From Strigamia acuminata (taxonomy: Eukaryota), in NCBI GenBank assembly GCA_949358305.1, contig OX442314.1, positions 8,122,001-8,186,000 on the forward strand: a stretch of 64,000 nucleotides of DNA, written 5' to 3'. This document shows positions 11,301 to 21,298 of this stretch, one piece after another (the first letter of the stretch is position 1; every line of letters starts with the position of its first letter). Made by a program: the position numbers and the translations under genes. Under the pieces are notes generated by a model that was not told the origin of the DNA, did not search any database, and saw nothing but the letters and a program-made list of their open reading frames with translations.

Positions 11301-13564
11301 AGTTTATATTTTAAGAAGATTTTTACTGAACGAATACAGGAATGTCGCCCGAAGGTCGATGGTAAATGAAACTAAACATTTGATGAAATAAAAATAAAAA
11401 AGAACTTCTATACAAATCTAAAATGGCCTGTTGCAGCTGTTTTGGAAGCATCCAAGCAAGTCCACAGGAGCAAAAGGCTGAAGAAACTGCTGGAAGTTGT
11501 TCTCGCTTTTGGAAATTACATGAACCGAGGTCAACGAGGAAATGCGTCCGGGTTCAAGTTGGCCAGTTTGAATCGCTTAGCCGATACCAAATCGAGTATC
11601 AATCGCAATATCACGCTGCTCCATTATCTGATCGACACACTAGAAAAAAAAGTAAATATCCATAATAACCATCTTTCGAGTTAAATCATTTAATTCCAAA
11701 ATTATTCCCACAGTTTAAAGACACACTGAAATTGGAGGAAGATTTAACTCATGTGAGACAAGCCGCTAAAGTCAAGTAAATATTTTATTGGGGAATCAGA
11801 AAAGCACGAAAATATGCTAAAGGATCTATGGATAGAATCGGGGCCGGCTGGAGATATCACAGGACCTTTTTTCGTCAAAAATGGCCGTTTTTCGTCATTG
11901 AAACATTACAAAACACAACGTTTCAATGAAGAAAACGACGTTTCAGCAATGTTTTGACAATTTTGGATGGAACCGGTTATTTTTTCAAATTTTTGGGTTT
12001 CCGGTTCTGTGATTTTTCAACCGGTTTCTCGGTACCGAAACCGTACTACGAGCATGCACAATGACATTAGCGGGTTTAAGCTCCTAAGTACGGTTAAATA
12101 CTTTCTTCTTTTTCTGATTCTCCTTCTTGTTTGTTCTATTCAAGTACAATATGTTGAGAAAAAAATGTTTTCAGTCTTTCTGATATGGAAAAAGATATCA
12201 ATGTGTTGAAAACGGGTCTTCAAGAAGTGGAAAAGGTAAACGGTCAGAGTCTTTGTGGATATGCTTTTGTTTTTAAATTGTTTGTTTGCAGGAGTTAGAA
12301 TATCATCGAAAGCAGCCTTATGTTAGTGGTGATCGATTTGTACCTGTGATGAAGGAGTTTATAACAACGGCTACTTACAAGTTCTCCGAATTGGATGATC
12401 ACTTTTCTGACATGAAGTCGAGAGTAAGTAATCAATTTCAAACACCATTCAGCAATCTCGGCTTTCGGCAAACTCCACATTTGTAGTGGCTGCATTTGAA
12501 AAGACAATCGTTTTGCGCTAAGCAACTGCAATCATGGCTTGATCGTAGCTCTATCGTCCATGCGTGCCATTACCCACAATCCTTTACAAAGCTTGTTTTC
12601 ACAATGTAATTCTTCAGAAGTGCCATGTCCCTCTTTATTGGGTCCGTGACCCAACAGAAATAAAACGCACAAAATAATTGCGCTATTTAACGTATATTGT
12701 TCTAATTTCTCACAGTTTGAACGCGTGATTCGCATGTTTGGGGAAGACACTCATACGACTCAACCGGACGAATTCTTTGCCATATTTGACGCGTTTCTCA
12801 CCTGCTTCCACGAAGCCCGTCAAGACAACGAGAACTTGAAACGACGAAAAGAAGACGAAGAACGCCGTGCAAAACAAGAAGCCGAAGTAAGACAAAACTC
12901 TACTAAACGATTAACTTCGGCTTAATGATTAACCGATCGTGGGTAGGAAAAAGCGTAACTAAAACTTAACCGAAAAAAAACCAACAACAATAACATTAAT
13001 ATTAATAATAATAATAATAATCGTTGGATTTCGTGCCAAATTTTTCACTTTTATATAATCCCGTTTTATTAATAGAATTTTAATGAAATGAGATGCGAAA
13101 CAATGTTTGCTGTTTTGTTTTGGATGTTAAGTTTGGAAAAATTGTTAAGAAATGGTTTTTTCTTTCTTTTCCTTTCCTTTTCCTTTTTCTTAAAAAAATG
13201 GTGGAGGCTAAAAAATAATGTAAAAGATCTAAGTTAGACACGAACTGACGCTCGACAAATTCATCCTCAGCTAAAGAAACGACATCAAGACGACAAGAAC
13301 AACGGATCAGTGATGAAGGTGAAAAACGGAGTGGTCAGCAACGGATACCCAGTTAAAAATGGAAGACGCGCCGATGACAAGGGAGAGTTTGACGACTTGA
13401 TTTCGGCGCTACGGACTGGAGACGTGTTTGGCGAGGACATGGCCAAACTCAAACGAAATCGCCGCCGAGTCAGCACGAGCCAATCGCCGCCTTGCACGCT
13501 GTCTGTGCGGGAATCCAGCAGGGAGCGCGAAGTGATCACGTCCAAGTTCAGATTCCTCAAGTGA
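5309..13564 (+). CDS. DAAM: DAAM-family diaphanous-related formin (GBD/FH3, coiled coil, short FH1, FH2, DAD); 22 coding exons from ATG 5309
   Basis: In-frame GT-AG exons: 5309-5482, 5615-5704, 5806-5874, 5972-6060, 6127-6262, 6333-6530, 7437-7547, 7608-7778, 8239-8356, 8426-8561, 8617-8743, 8806-9154, 10107-10336, 10407-10595, 10669-10775, 11273-11361, 11437-11651, 11714-11775, 12175-12235, 12292-12423, 12716-12886, 13271-13564. Diagnostic motifs: [63 protein letters not shown] (FH2), [22 protein letters not shown] (DAD). Confidence 0.95.
6740..7110. repeat. 20-bp minisatellite (atccgatttttaaagcaaaa)n
   Basis: Direct reading, ~17 near-perfect units in a DAAM intron. Confidence 0.95.
7825..8212 (-). 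mobile_element. Non-autonomous Helitron (Lep1/HINE-like) in a DAAM intron
   Basis: Minus strand begins A|TCTATATAAAT and ends CTAG|T (insertion between A and T, no TSD). Subterminal hairpin cgcgt-gg-acgcg just before CTAG; internal ~15-bp aaataaatcccgtg repeats. Confidence 0.8.
9380..9870. repeat. MITE-like remnant with 16-bp (atcgcaatatcgctaa)n array
   Basis: Begins taggcctgtgcgat; tandem atcgcaatatcgctaa and ttagaataagcggtgtaatcgc units. Confidence 0.7.
10986..11240 (+). mobile_element. Tc1/mariner-like MITE end fragment
   Basis: tatagggtgtcccaaaa terminal-type motif; no matching opposite TIR found. Confidence 0.35.
11865..12046 (+). mobile_element. Truncated copy of the 44979-45303 hAT MITE family
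   Basis: Shares aaaaatggccgtttttcgt, cattgaaacattaca and cggtaccgaaacc end motifs with the 44979-45303 element. Confidence 0.65.
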
Positions 13565-13943
13565 TAAATAAATAAAAACACTCGAATCCGTGACAGGTTG
13601 CAACTGCTAACTAAATTCCTTTAAGCCTTAAATGTTGCATGTCGATAATATCTTCCTCTTTTTCACTCAGTTTCCCTCTTTGCAATCACTATTCGACCAT
13701 TTTCAGATGCCAAAATGCATTCATTTGCTGCCTAAATGGAAGGAAAGGCTGCACCACATGTTGTCAGTCTCACCGGATTGGCTCCGATCAAAATCGCAGA
13801 CCAAAATAATACATGGTGCTTGTACTATCAAAATCGCGCCCAGTTCTCGGTGCAAACGAAAGGTTGGGCGCCTTGAGAAAGTCGTTTCACAGATACCCCT
13901 AACAAGAATGCTAAGCGTCAAAACTTACTCCGCATTGTAAGTA

Positions 13944-14276
13944 ATGCTGGGCGCGAAATCGCGCGCAATGCTACACATATGTAGCTATTCCAGCTTTGCC
14001 ATTTCAATGTTATGACGTCATTCCTAATCCGTTGATGAAATGTTGATGAATGTTGATGAAATGTTGATGAAATGTTGATGAAATGTTGATGAAATGACGT
14101 CATTTCACACAGCTCACGGATTGGCTGCGACATGAATCGCGAGCGAAATAATACTTGGGACAAGTACTATTTTCAAAAGTAGATTTCAAACCGGCGCAAA
14201 GGAAATGACGTCATTTGCGCGTGCGCAATGGCAACGCGATCGCGACAGGAAATCGTCGTATGTGTGCGCCCAGCAT
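13944..14276. mobile_element. MITE (PIF/Harbinger-like) with internal 11-bp repeat
   Basis: TIR atgctgggcgc 13944-13954 / gcgcccagcat 14266-14276; internal (gttgatgaaat)n at ~14030-14097. Family assignment is tentative. Confidence 0.6.
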
Positions 14277-15670
14277 CACACATATGCATGTGTCAAATCA
14301 CGGTAGGCCCTTCTGGGTTACCGTACTGTAATGTTACGTATATTACCGACGTCGGCAATCGGCTGATACTTGGAAGTTTTCCGATATCGGATCCGATATT
14401 TTTTTTCATGGCCGTTACCGGTATTTCTTTTCCGACAATTTCATATTTTTAAACGCGACGCTTTAAAAGTTTAACGTAAAATTTTGCTCGTGATGCAAAT
14501 TCCACACAAATTTCATAATTTCACAATTTTCCTATTGGTCAAAGTCTGAATACAGGCAATATCACGTCAACTTAATGAAAGCTAGACCGGGTTAGAGCTC
14601 CATTGGGTGCGAACATGGTGGCTCATTGAGATAATAATCAAAAACTTCATATCACGATATATTTTCTAATTGGCTCGTGTTTCCAATATTGATTCGTCTC
14701 AATCTTGGACTATTACAGTTGCAATTGAGGACCCCAAATGCAAAACTGGAGTTTGCATAGAATTCCAATTTTTAGCAGCAAAAATGCATGGTGTAGTGTG
14801 GTGGAAATTATTCGCACTTGCCCACTAGTCAGTCATGTGGTGAGACCACAACGGACGAATTTAAGCAAAAATTAACCCCAAAATTAAGCAAATGCTAAAA
14901 CGACCCAATTTCTCACAGGAAATGAGTGATTGCAAACATTAACTCCCCGCAGCGTTGCAACTTGTCGTTGTCACCGAACAAATCGTTACGTTGACGCGCC
15001 GAGCTGTCGTTCACATATCTTCGTGGCCTCTTCAAGTTTGTTTGTTAAAACGCTCATTTACATCATCAGCACGTGTTGTGAAAACAGAAAAAAAAAATTT
15101 AAAACAAAAAAAAAAAAAAAAAAAAAAATATATAAAAAAACAAAATGGATGGAACTAACAAAGGGCATTTTTCTTCGTGATACGCCATTTTTCCAAACGT
15201 GTACTTTGCTCGAAAAAAAAAATTAAAACCCATATGGTTCAAAAATACATTGAAATTATATTGATTTTCACGCAATATACCGTAAAATATATTTTCGAAC
15301 CACATGGGTGAATATTACGTTAATATATTTTCATTTTGTATCATTTTGTACAGTTTTGTGTACATTTTATTTTCTATGAAATTGAATTGTAGCGCAGCTT
15401 TTAAAAAAAAAAAAAAATTGTAAAATGTTTTTGTAATTGTGTTTCCGCCAGTGTAATTTTTTTTGTATATTATTATAATTAATATAATTTTTTTTAAAAA
15501 TTTTTCTTTTGTTTTGAACTTTGAATATAAAGAGAAAAGTATCACTCGATGTTTCCACGTTTTATGGTTAAATTTAAAAACTATTCGGTACAATTCGGTC
15601 GCTTTTTTAAACAAATATACGAGCGCAAGTGTTTCTTTTTCGTTTTCTAGTTTACTTTTGCTCGACTCAC

Positions 15671-18600
15671 TTAATCGCGACGTTTCTTTTTCTCCGACCG
15701 GTCGTAATCGCGAGAAGACCGGCCTTTGTCGCTCTGATCGCTCGGTCGCTTGCTCGCTTTCTTCGCTTCGGTTAAAAATTTGTCGAGGCCGAACGGATCT
15801 TCCTCTTCTTGACGTTCGAATTGGACCGGTCCTTCGCGCCGGGCGGATCGATCAGTGCCTGAGAACTCCTTGTCGGGAACGAATCTGGAAATTGAAATTT
15901 TAAAGATTAAAATTAAAAATGGATTGGATTTGATTGTTTTCTTCGTCGGACCTGTTTGTTTTGGCTAGTTTTTCCATGTCGTCGCCGTAAGTATCTTTGT
16001 CGATGTTCTTGGACGGACGATACAGAGATTGGTGCACGGCTTGACCCGAGCGCCAGGGTTTGTCGTACACGTTGTAGTTGTCTTCGTCTCCAAAGCCGCT
16101 GTCCATTCCCTAAGAATAAACAAAAATAAATGTTAATCGACACCATTAATTTTTTTTTTTAATTTTAAGAAAAATTAGATTTTTTTTTATATAAATTCAT
16201 TCAAAATGTCGAACGAATTCTGAAAATTTATTAATTACTTTAAAAATTAATTTCTCGTGTAAGCTTTAACTCAAAATATCGATGTATTATTGAGAATTAA
16301 CTCGTAAAATCGATAATTCTCGAAATATCGATGTATTATCGAGAATTAACTCGTAAAATCGATGAATTATCGAGAATTAACTCGTAAAACCGATATTTTA
16401 TCGAAAAATAACTCGTAAAACGGATATTTTATCGAAAAATAACTCGTAAAACCGATATTTTATCGATAATTAACTCGTAAAACCGATATTTTATCAAAAA
16501 TTAATTCAAATTAACTCGTAAAATCGATAAATTATCGAGAATTAACTCGTAAAATCGATGAATTATCGAGAATTAAGTCGTAAAATCGATGAATTATCGG
16601 GAATTAATTCGTAAAATCGATGAATTATCGAGAATTAACTCGTAAAATCGATGTATTAGCGAAAATTAACTCGTAAAATTGATGTATTATCGAGAATTAA
16701 CTCGTAAAATCGATAAATTATCGAGAATTAACTCGTAAAATCAATATTTTATCGAAAATTACTTCAAATTAACTCGTAAAATCGATGAATTATCCGGAAT
16801 TAACTCGTAAAATTGATGAATTATCGAGAATTAACTCGTAAAATCGATATTTTATCAAGAATTAATTCATAAAGTAGATATTTCATATAAAATTAACTTA
16901 AAAAGTAGCCATTTCATATGAAATCATTTAAAAAAACGTTTAAATGGGTAAAGTGAAATACTTTGCTCTGGTTGAACAGTCGTTGATCGTATTGCATCTC
17001 CGTCTGATTACTTCTAGGATTTGGAACCCCGAGAGCGATTTGCTCGCTGATATCGCGCTCTCTTTGCCGTTCCAACTTGGATCGTTTCTCCGGCGCTGCT
17101 CTCTGCAGGTTTCGTTCGCGTTGCCGGTCCTTGTGGCGCTCGTAACGCATTTGGTCGCGCTCCTTCGCCTCTTCGTCTCTGTCGGCCACTTGCGATCTGA
17201 TCCCCGCGCGTTCTTCGCGGGCCTTTTGGGCCAGTTGGCGCAAATTCTCTTCCTTGCGTTCTTTTTCCTTCTTGGCCAGAGATTTCTCCATCTGGGCGCG
17301 CATCTCGACGGCTTCGCGCGCTTTTCTGTCGGCGATGTAAAGCGCTTCGGCCAGTTTGGCGAAATTCTCGTTGATGTGCACTTGCTGGAGGCCTCGACCG
17401 TCCGCGGCCAGTCGCTTATCAAGGGGGATTGTGAAACCCTAAACAAAATTAGAAACAGAAAGAATTAATTTTTCATGGATTTTTCAAAAAAATTACTTGT
17501 TTTTTTCCTGTTTTTCAGCAATAAAAATGTCATTTTTGTTGTTTTTTAACAAAAAAAGTCATTTTTGTTGTTTTTTAACAAAAAAAATGTCATTTTTGTT
17601 GTTATTTAACAAAAAAATGTCATTTTTGTTGTTTTTCAACAAAAATACATGATTTTTTCTTGTTTTATAAACAAAAAACATGATTTTCGATGTTTTTTCA
17701 ACAAAAATACATTATTTTCCTTGTTTTTTCAATAAAAATAGTTGATTTAATGTATTTTTCAACAAAAATACTTGATTTTTTATGTTTTTTCAACAAAAAT
17801 ACATGATTTTTTATGTTTATTCAACAAAATTACTTGATTTTTCATATTTTTTTCTGCAAAATACATCATTTTTCATGATTTTTCAACAAAATACATCATT
17901 TTTCACATTCTTTTGCTCAAAAACATAAAAAGCCAAGTATTTTTCATCCAAATTAACTTTAAAAACAAAAAAAAATATAAAACAACCAAACAACAAAACA
18001 TACCTTAGCATTTTTCCAATTAGAAATACACGGCGGTATTTTCCACTCCTGTTGTTCCTTGACCGTAACCTTCCTCGTCGGCGAATGCATGACAGGAGCA
18101 GGCGGCGACGGTGGCCCGCGCGGAATCTTCTTATTAATCTTAAACTTCGGCGGCTCCATCGGATCCCTCTGAATCTCCACCATCCGTATAACACGCTGCT
18201 TGGCTCCAGAATTAAAAGCAACCCCCTGTTGCGACGGTGTATACCTAATAAAAAAAATTAATCAAACTAAAATCAATTCAAAACCGCCATTTACCTAATA
18301 TATTGTGCCGGCAACGCCTTATCCGCTGCTCTCACGGGCATAGCAGCGGCAATTTTATTATTAGTAATCTTTTCCAAAGCCAATCTGGTTTTTTCTGTCA
18401 ACTAAATAAAAAAAAACCAAATTTAAATTCAAAGAAATAACCAAAATCAATAATTATACTTCTTCAACGTCATCCTCGTTCGGTTTTTGTAAATCCGAAT
18501 CATCTTCGGTCACTTCTGTCGGTAAAAGATCGGTGAATTTAGAGTAAACGACCTGTTTTCAACGAAAAAACCAATTAAAAAGCCAGAAAACACGCAAATA

Positions 18601-19127
18601 TCGACGTTTACCCTATCTTTGCTGTGTCCCTGCCTCGCTAAGACGTCGTATTTTATTTTTCCCTGCGCATCTAATTGTACGGCGACCGCATTCGACGTCG
18701 TACTGTCTTTTTTGCCCATTCCCAGTGGGAATTGGACCGTTTGAATTTCGGGGAAAGCCCCGCCATCTGAAAAATCTTCGGTTATTCGCGGGATCCATTC
18801 TTTTCGGGCTCCGTAAGGCGGAATTATTCTTCGGGAAGATATCACGGCCGTCTGGGAATTAAAATTTCGTATTGTTATGTGATTTTGATGGAGTTTTTAA
18901 ACGATTTACTTGTTTTTTGATCCTCGGTTCCGTGTTGACATCGTCCCTTTTGTCAAATGTGGGTTGTGTGGGCGCGGGTAGCAAACTGTGAATAAAATTC
19001 AAATTGTGATAAATAAATAGATAAAAGTGTTAGTGGTCGTTTAAAATTGTAAAATGGTGGTTGATGAGATTTAGTTAGTACATTTCTGTTGTTTAAACAA
19101 AACGTTTTACCTTCGTAAAGACGCCAT
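15671..19127 (-). CDS. SNW1: SNW domain-containing protein 1 (SKIP/Bx42/Prp45), spliceosome factor and CSL/Notch co-activator; 9 exons
   Basis: Exons (minus): 19127-19111, 18985-18910, 18851-18612, 18552-18460, 18401-18295, 18244-18004, 17438-16962, 16109-15952, 15884-15671. Motifs: DGGAFPEI, DPMEPPKFKINKKIPRGPPSPPAPVMHSP, IPPCISNWKNAKG (SNW signature), DPFGLDKFL. Confidence 0.96.
16270..16865. repeat. 31-bp minisatellite (atcgagaattaactcgtaaaatcgatgaatt)n
   Basis: Direct reading, SNW1 intron. Confidence 0.9.
17520..17900. repeat. ~30-31-bp degenerate minisatellite (catttttgttgttttttaacaaaaaaatgt)n
   Basis: Direct reading, SNW1 intron. Confidence 0.8.
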
Positions 19128-19575
19128 TTGCAATTGCGATCAGTATGGCCGCGGTGTGACCCGGTGGATCCGGAACCTTGATCCGGAATCGGAGTGGAAA
19201 ATTTGTGAGTTGAGTAAAAATTAAAAAGAAATTTATGATTAGATATAATATTTTTGGTGAAAATGTTGTGAAATAGAAAGAAATGTCTTGTTCGTGCAAT
19301 TTTATTGTGTTTTTAGATATTTTTTGTCTATCTTGGTTTAAAAACTTCTCGAATTACTCACCAGATGCCGCCGAAATTTTAAATTGATTGAGATAATTTA
19401 AAACCAAATATTAAATTTATATCAATTTCCATTTTTCTAAATGAATTGATTTCGTTTGATATTCAAATAAAAAGTATTCTATACTCTTGTTCGATCAGGA
19501 GGTGAGAATCGACACCAACGGCTCGGCCAATGGGAGAAGGTGTCCCTGGCGACAGTATTTGAAAACGTGTCCGCG
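19128..19575. promoter_or_regulatory. Bidirectional promoter / 5'UTR region shared by head-to-head SNW1 and NUDT14
   Basis: Divergent start codons only ~450 bp apart (19127 minus, 19576 plus), with small GC-rich patches next to each ATG. Confidence 0.7.
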
Positions 19576-20471
19576 ATGGATAACATAAACAACGTTTCTT
19601 TTGGCTCTTACACCGAATCAAAATATGTTCAACCGTTTCGCATGTATTACACTCAAGTAACAATTACAATTTCCGAAAAATATAAACAAATAAATTTGAT
19701 AAATATTTTCTATTTGAAGGACGGTGCCGAGAAAATCTGGGATTTAGTTTCCGTTCATCCGGGGTAAACAAATGCATTTCAATATAGCAATAATAATAAT
19801 TAATGCTGAGAGATTTGATCTTTATTTCTCAAGCGTGGCCATTATTATTTACAATGTGTCGAGAAAAACGCTCGTTTTTGTTCGACAATTTCGACCGGGT
19901 AAGTTAAAAAATTTGCACACGGGTGTTTTGATGATTTATTTTCTTTTCTCATTAGCCGTTTATTTCAGTACAATTCCGCCAGAAGAACGGTGTTCGGGGA
20001 AAGTAATCGATGTGGCGAAATATCCGGGGAAATTAGGGATTACTTTGGAGTTGTGCGCGGGAGTTGTGGATAAGGAGAAAACGTTGGAAGAGATTGCGCA
20101 GGAAGAAGTGTTGGAAGAATGTGGATATGAAGTGCCGCTGGGAAATATAGAGCGAGTTAAAAGTTACAAGTAAAAATGAGAAAATCAATCGATTAATCGA
20201 ATATTTTCCAACTATAAACTCCTTCAATTGCAGATCTGGTGTGTGCACAGACTGCGTCCCGTTGACCCTGTTCTACGCGCAAGTCGACGACTCCATGAAA
20301 GTGTCCGAAGGCGGAGGACTCGCATCCGAAGGCGAATTCATCGAAGTGGTCGAGATGAGCGTCCCGCAGGTGCTCGAATACGTGCAACAGGACGACATCC
20401 CGAGTCCAGTTGGTTTTTTATACGCCGTCCAGTGGTTTACACACAACAAATTAAATTCAATACCGGTATAA
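19576..20471 (+). CDS. NUDT14: Nudix hydrolase, UDP-glucose/UDP-sugar pyrophosphatase (NUDT14-like); 5 exons
   Basis: Exons 19576-19656, 19720-19763, 19834-19898, 19956-20169, 20234-20471. Motifs: KIWDLVSVH, LVFVRQFRPAVY, Nudix box GITLELCAGVVDKEKTLEEIAQEEVLEECGY, GGGLASEGEFIEVVEM. Confidence 0.9.
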
Positions 20472-20489
20472 TTAATTGTTTAAAATATT

Positions 20490-21298
20490 ATGTTTTATTT
20501 TCATTCCTTTCATGAAAAGTGTTGTACAGAATTTGATAATTTCCTTTAAAAAAATGATTTCATTCACTGGTACATAGAAAAAAATAAAAAACAAAACGAA
20601 AAAACACCATTTGTAAAACGAAAACGAAAATATTCATTATTTTCCCTTTTTTTAACATTTTAAATATTTAAAGCCTTGAAAATGACACAGAAAAAAGAAA
20701 AAATGTTGCATTTACACAATGAGATGATGAATTTTTAATTTTATCACGAAATTGTAATATAATGGAAGCACGAATTAATCATTTGTGCCAATTTTAGTCG
20801 CGAAGAATTCGCTAATTGGCAAAAGGCACTGTCGTTTATATCACAGCCTTAAAATTAAAACACGGAAAAGGAAATTGCACTTTTCTCAGACTGTAAAAAT
20901 GAAAGAAAACGAAAAAAAGAAAAGAAACTGCTTAACATAAATTAAATCTTATTTTACAGACAAAAGTGTTTGAAATCCATATGCAACTTATGTATGTACA
21001 CAAATTATATACAAATGAAGAGATAAATGAAGGAAATGCATGGTAATTAATTACTACACCGTGTTTCTCCAATTTATCACATTTTTCTCGACTTTTTCAC
21101 CAAATTTCATAAAACTTTCTCGAAAATTCTGTTTTTCTTAATTTTTATCTTTTGTTTTCGTTTCCTTTTCTAACAAATTCGAGAAACACGTGAATTAATT
21201 AATAAATAAATAAGTTATTTACACGTTGGCAGCCATTAGCTACGCCGGGCCGGAAAATTGGCACACAAATTATTCTTCTTGTCCATCCCTAGTGCAAT
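20490..21298 (-). promoter_or_regulatory. Serrate 3'UTR with K boxes, other miRNA seed matches and Pumilio elements
   Basis: Plus-strand TATCACAGCC 20839-20848 and TATCACA 21075-21081 (K boxes on the mRNA); TATGTACA 20993-21000 and TATATACA 21006-21013 (PRE UGUANAUA); TTTATT 20494-20499 (AAUAAA on minus). Confidence 0.65.

Noticed and set aside
12487..12609. Potential alternative or poison exon in DAAM intron 12424-12715
   Set aside because: An acceptor-like AG and a 40-codon open frame exist, but there is no FH2 similarity and no convincing donor.
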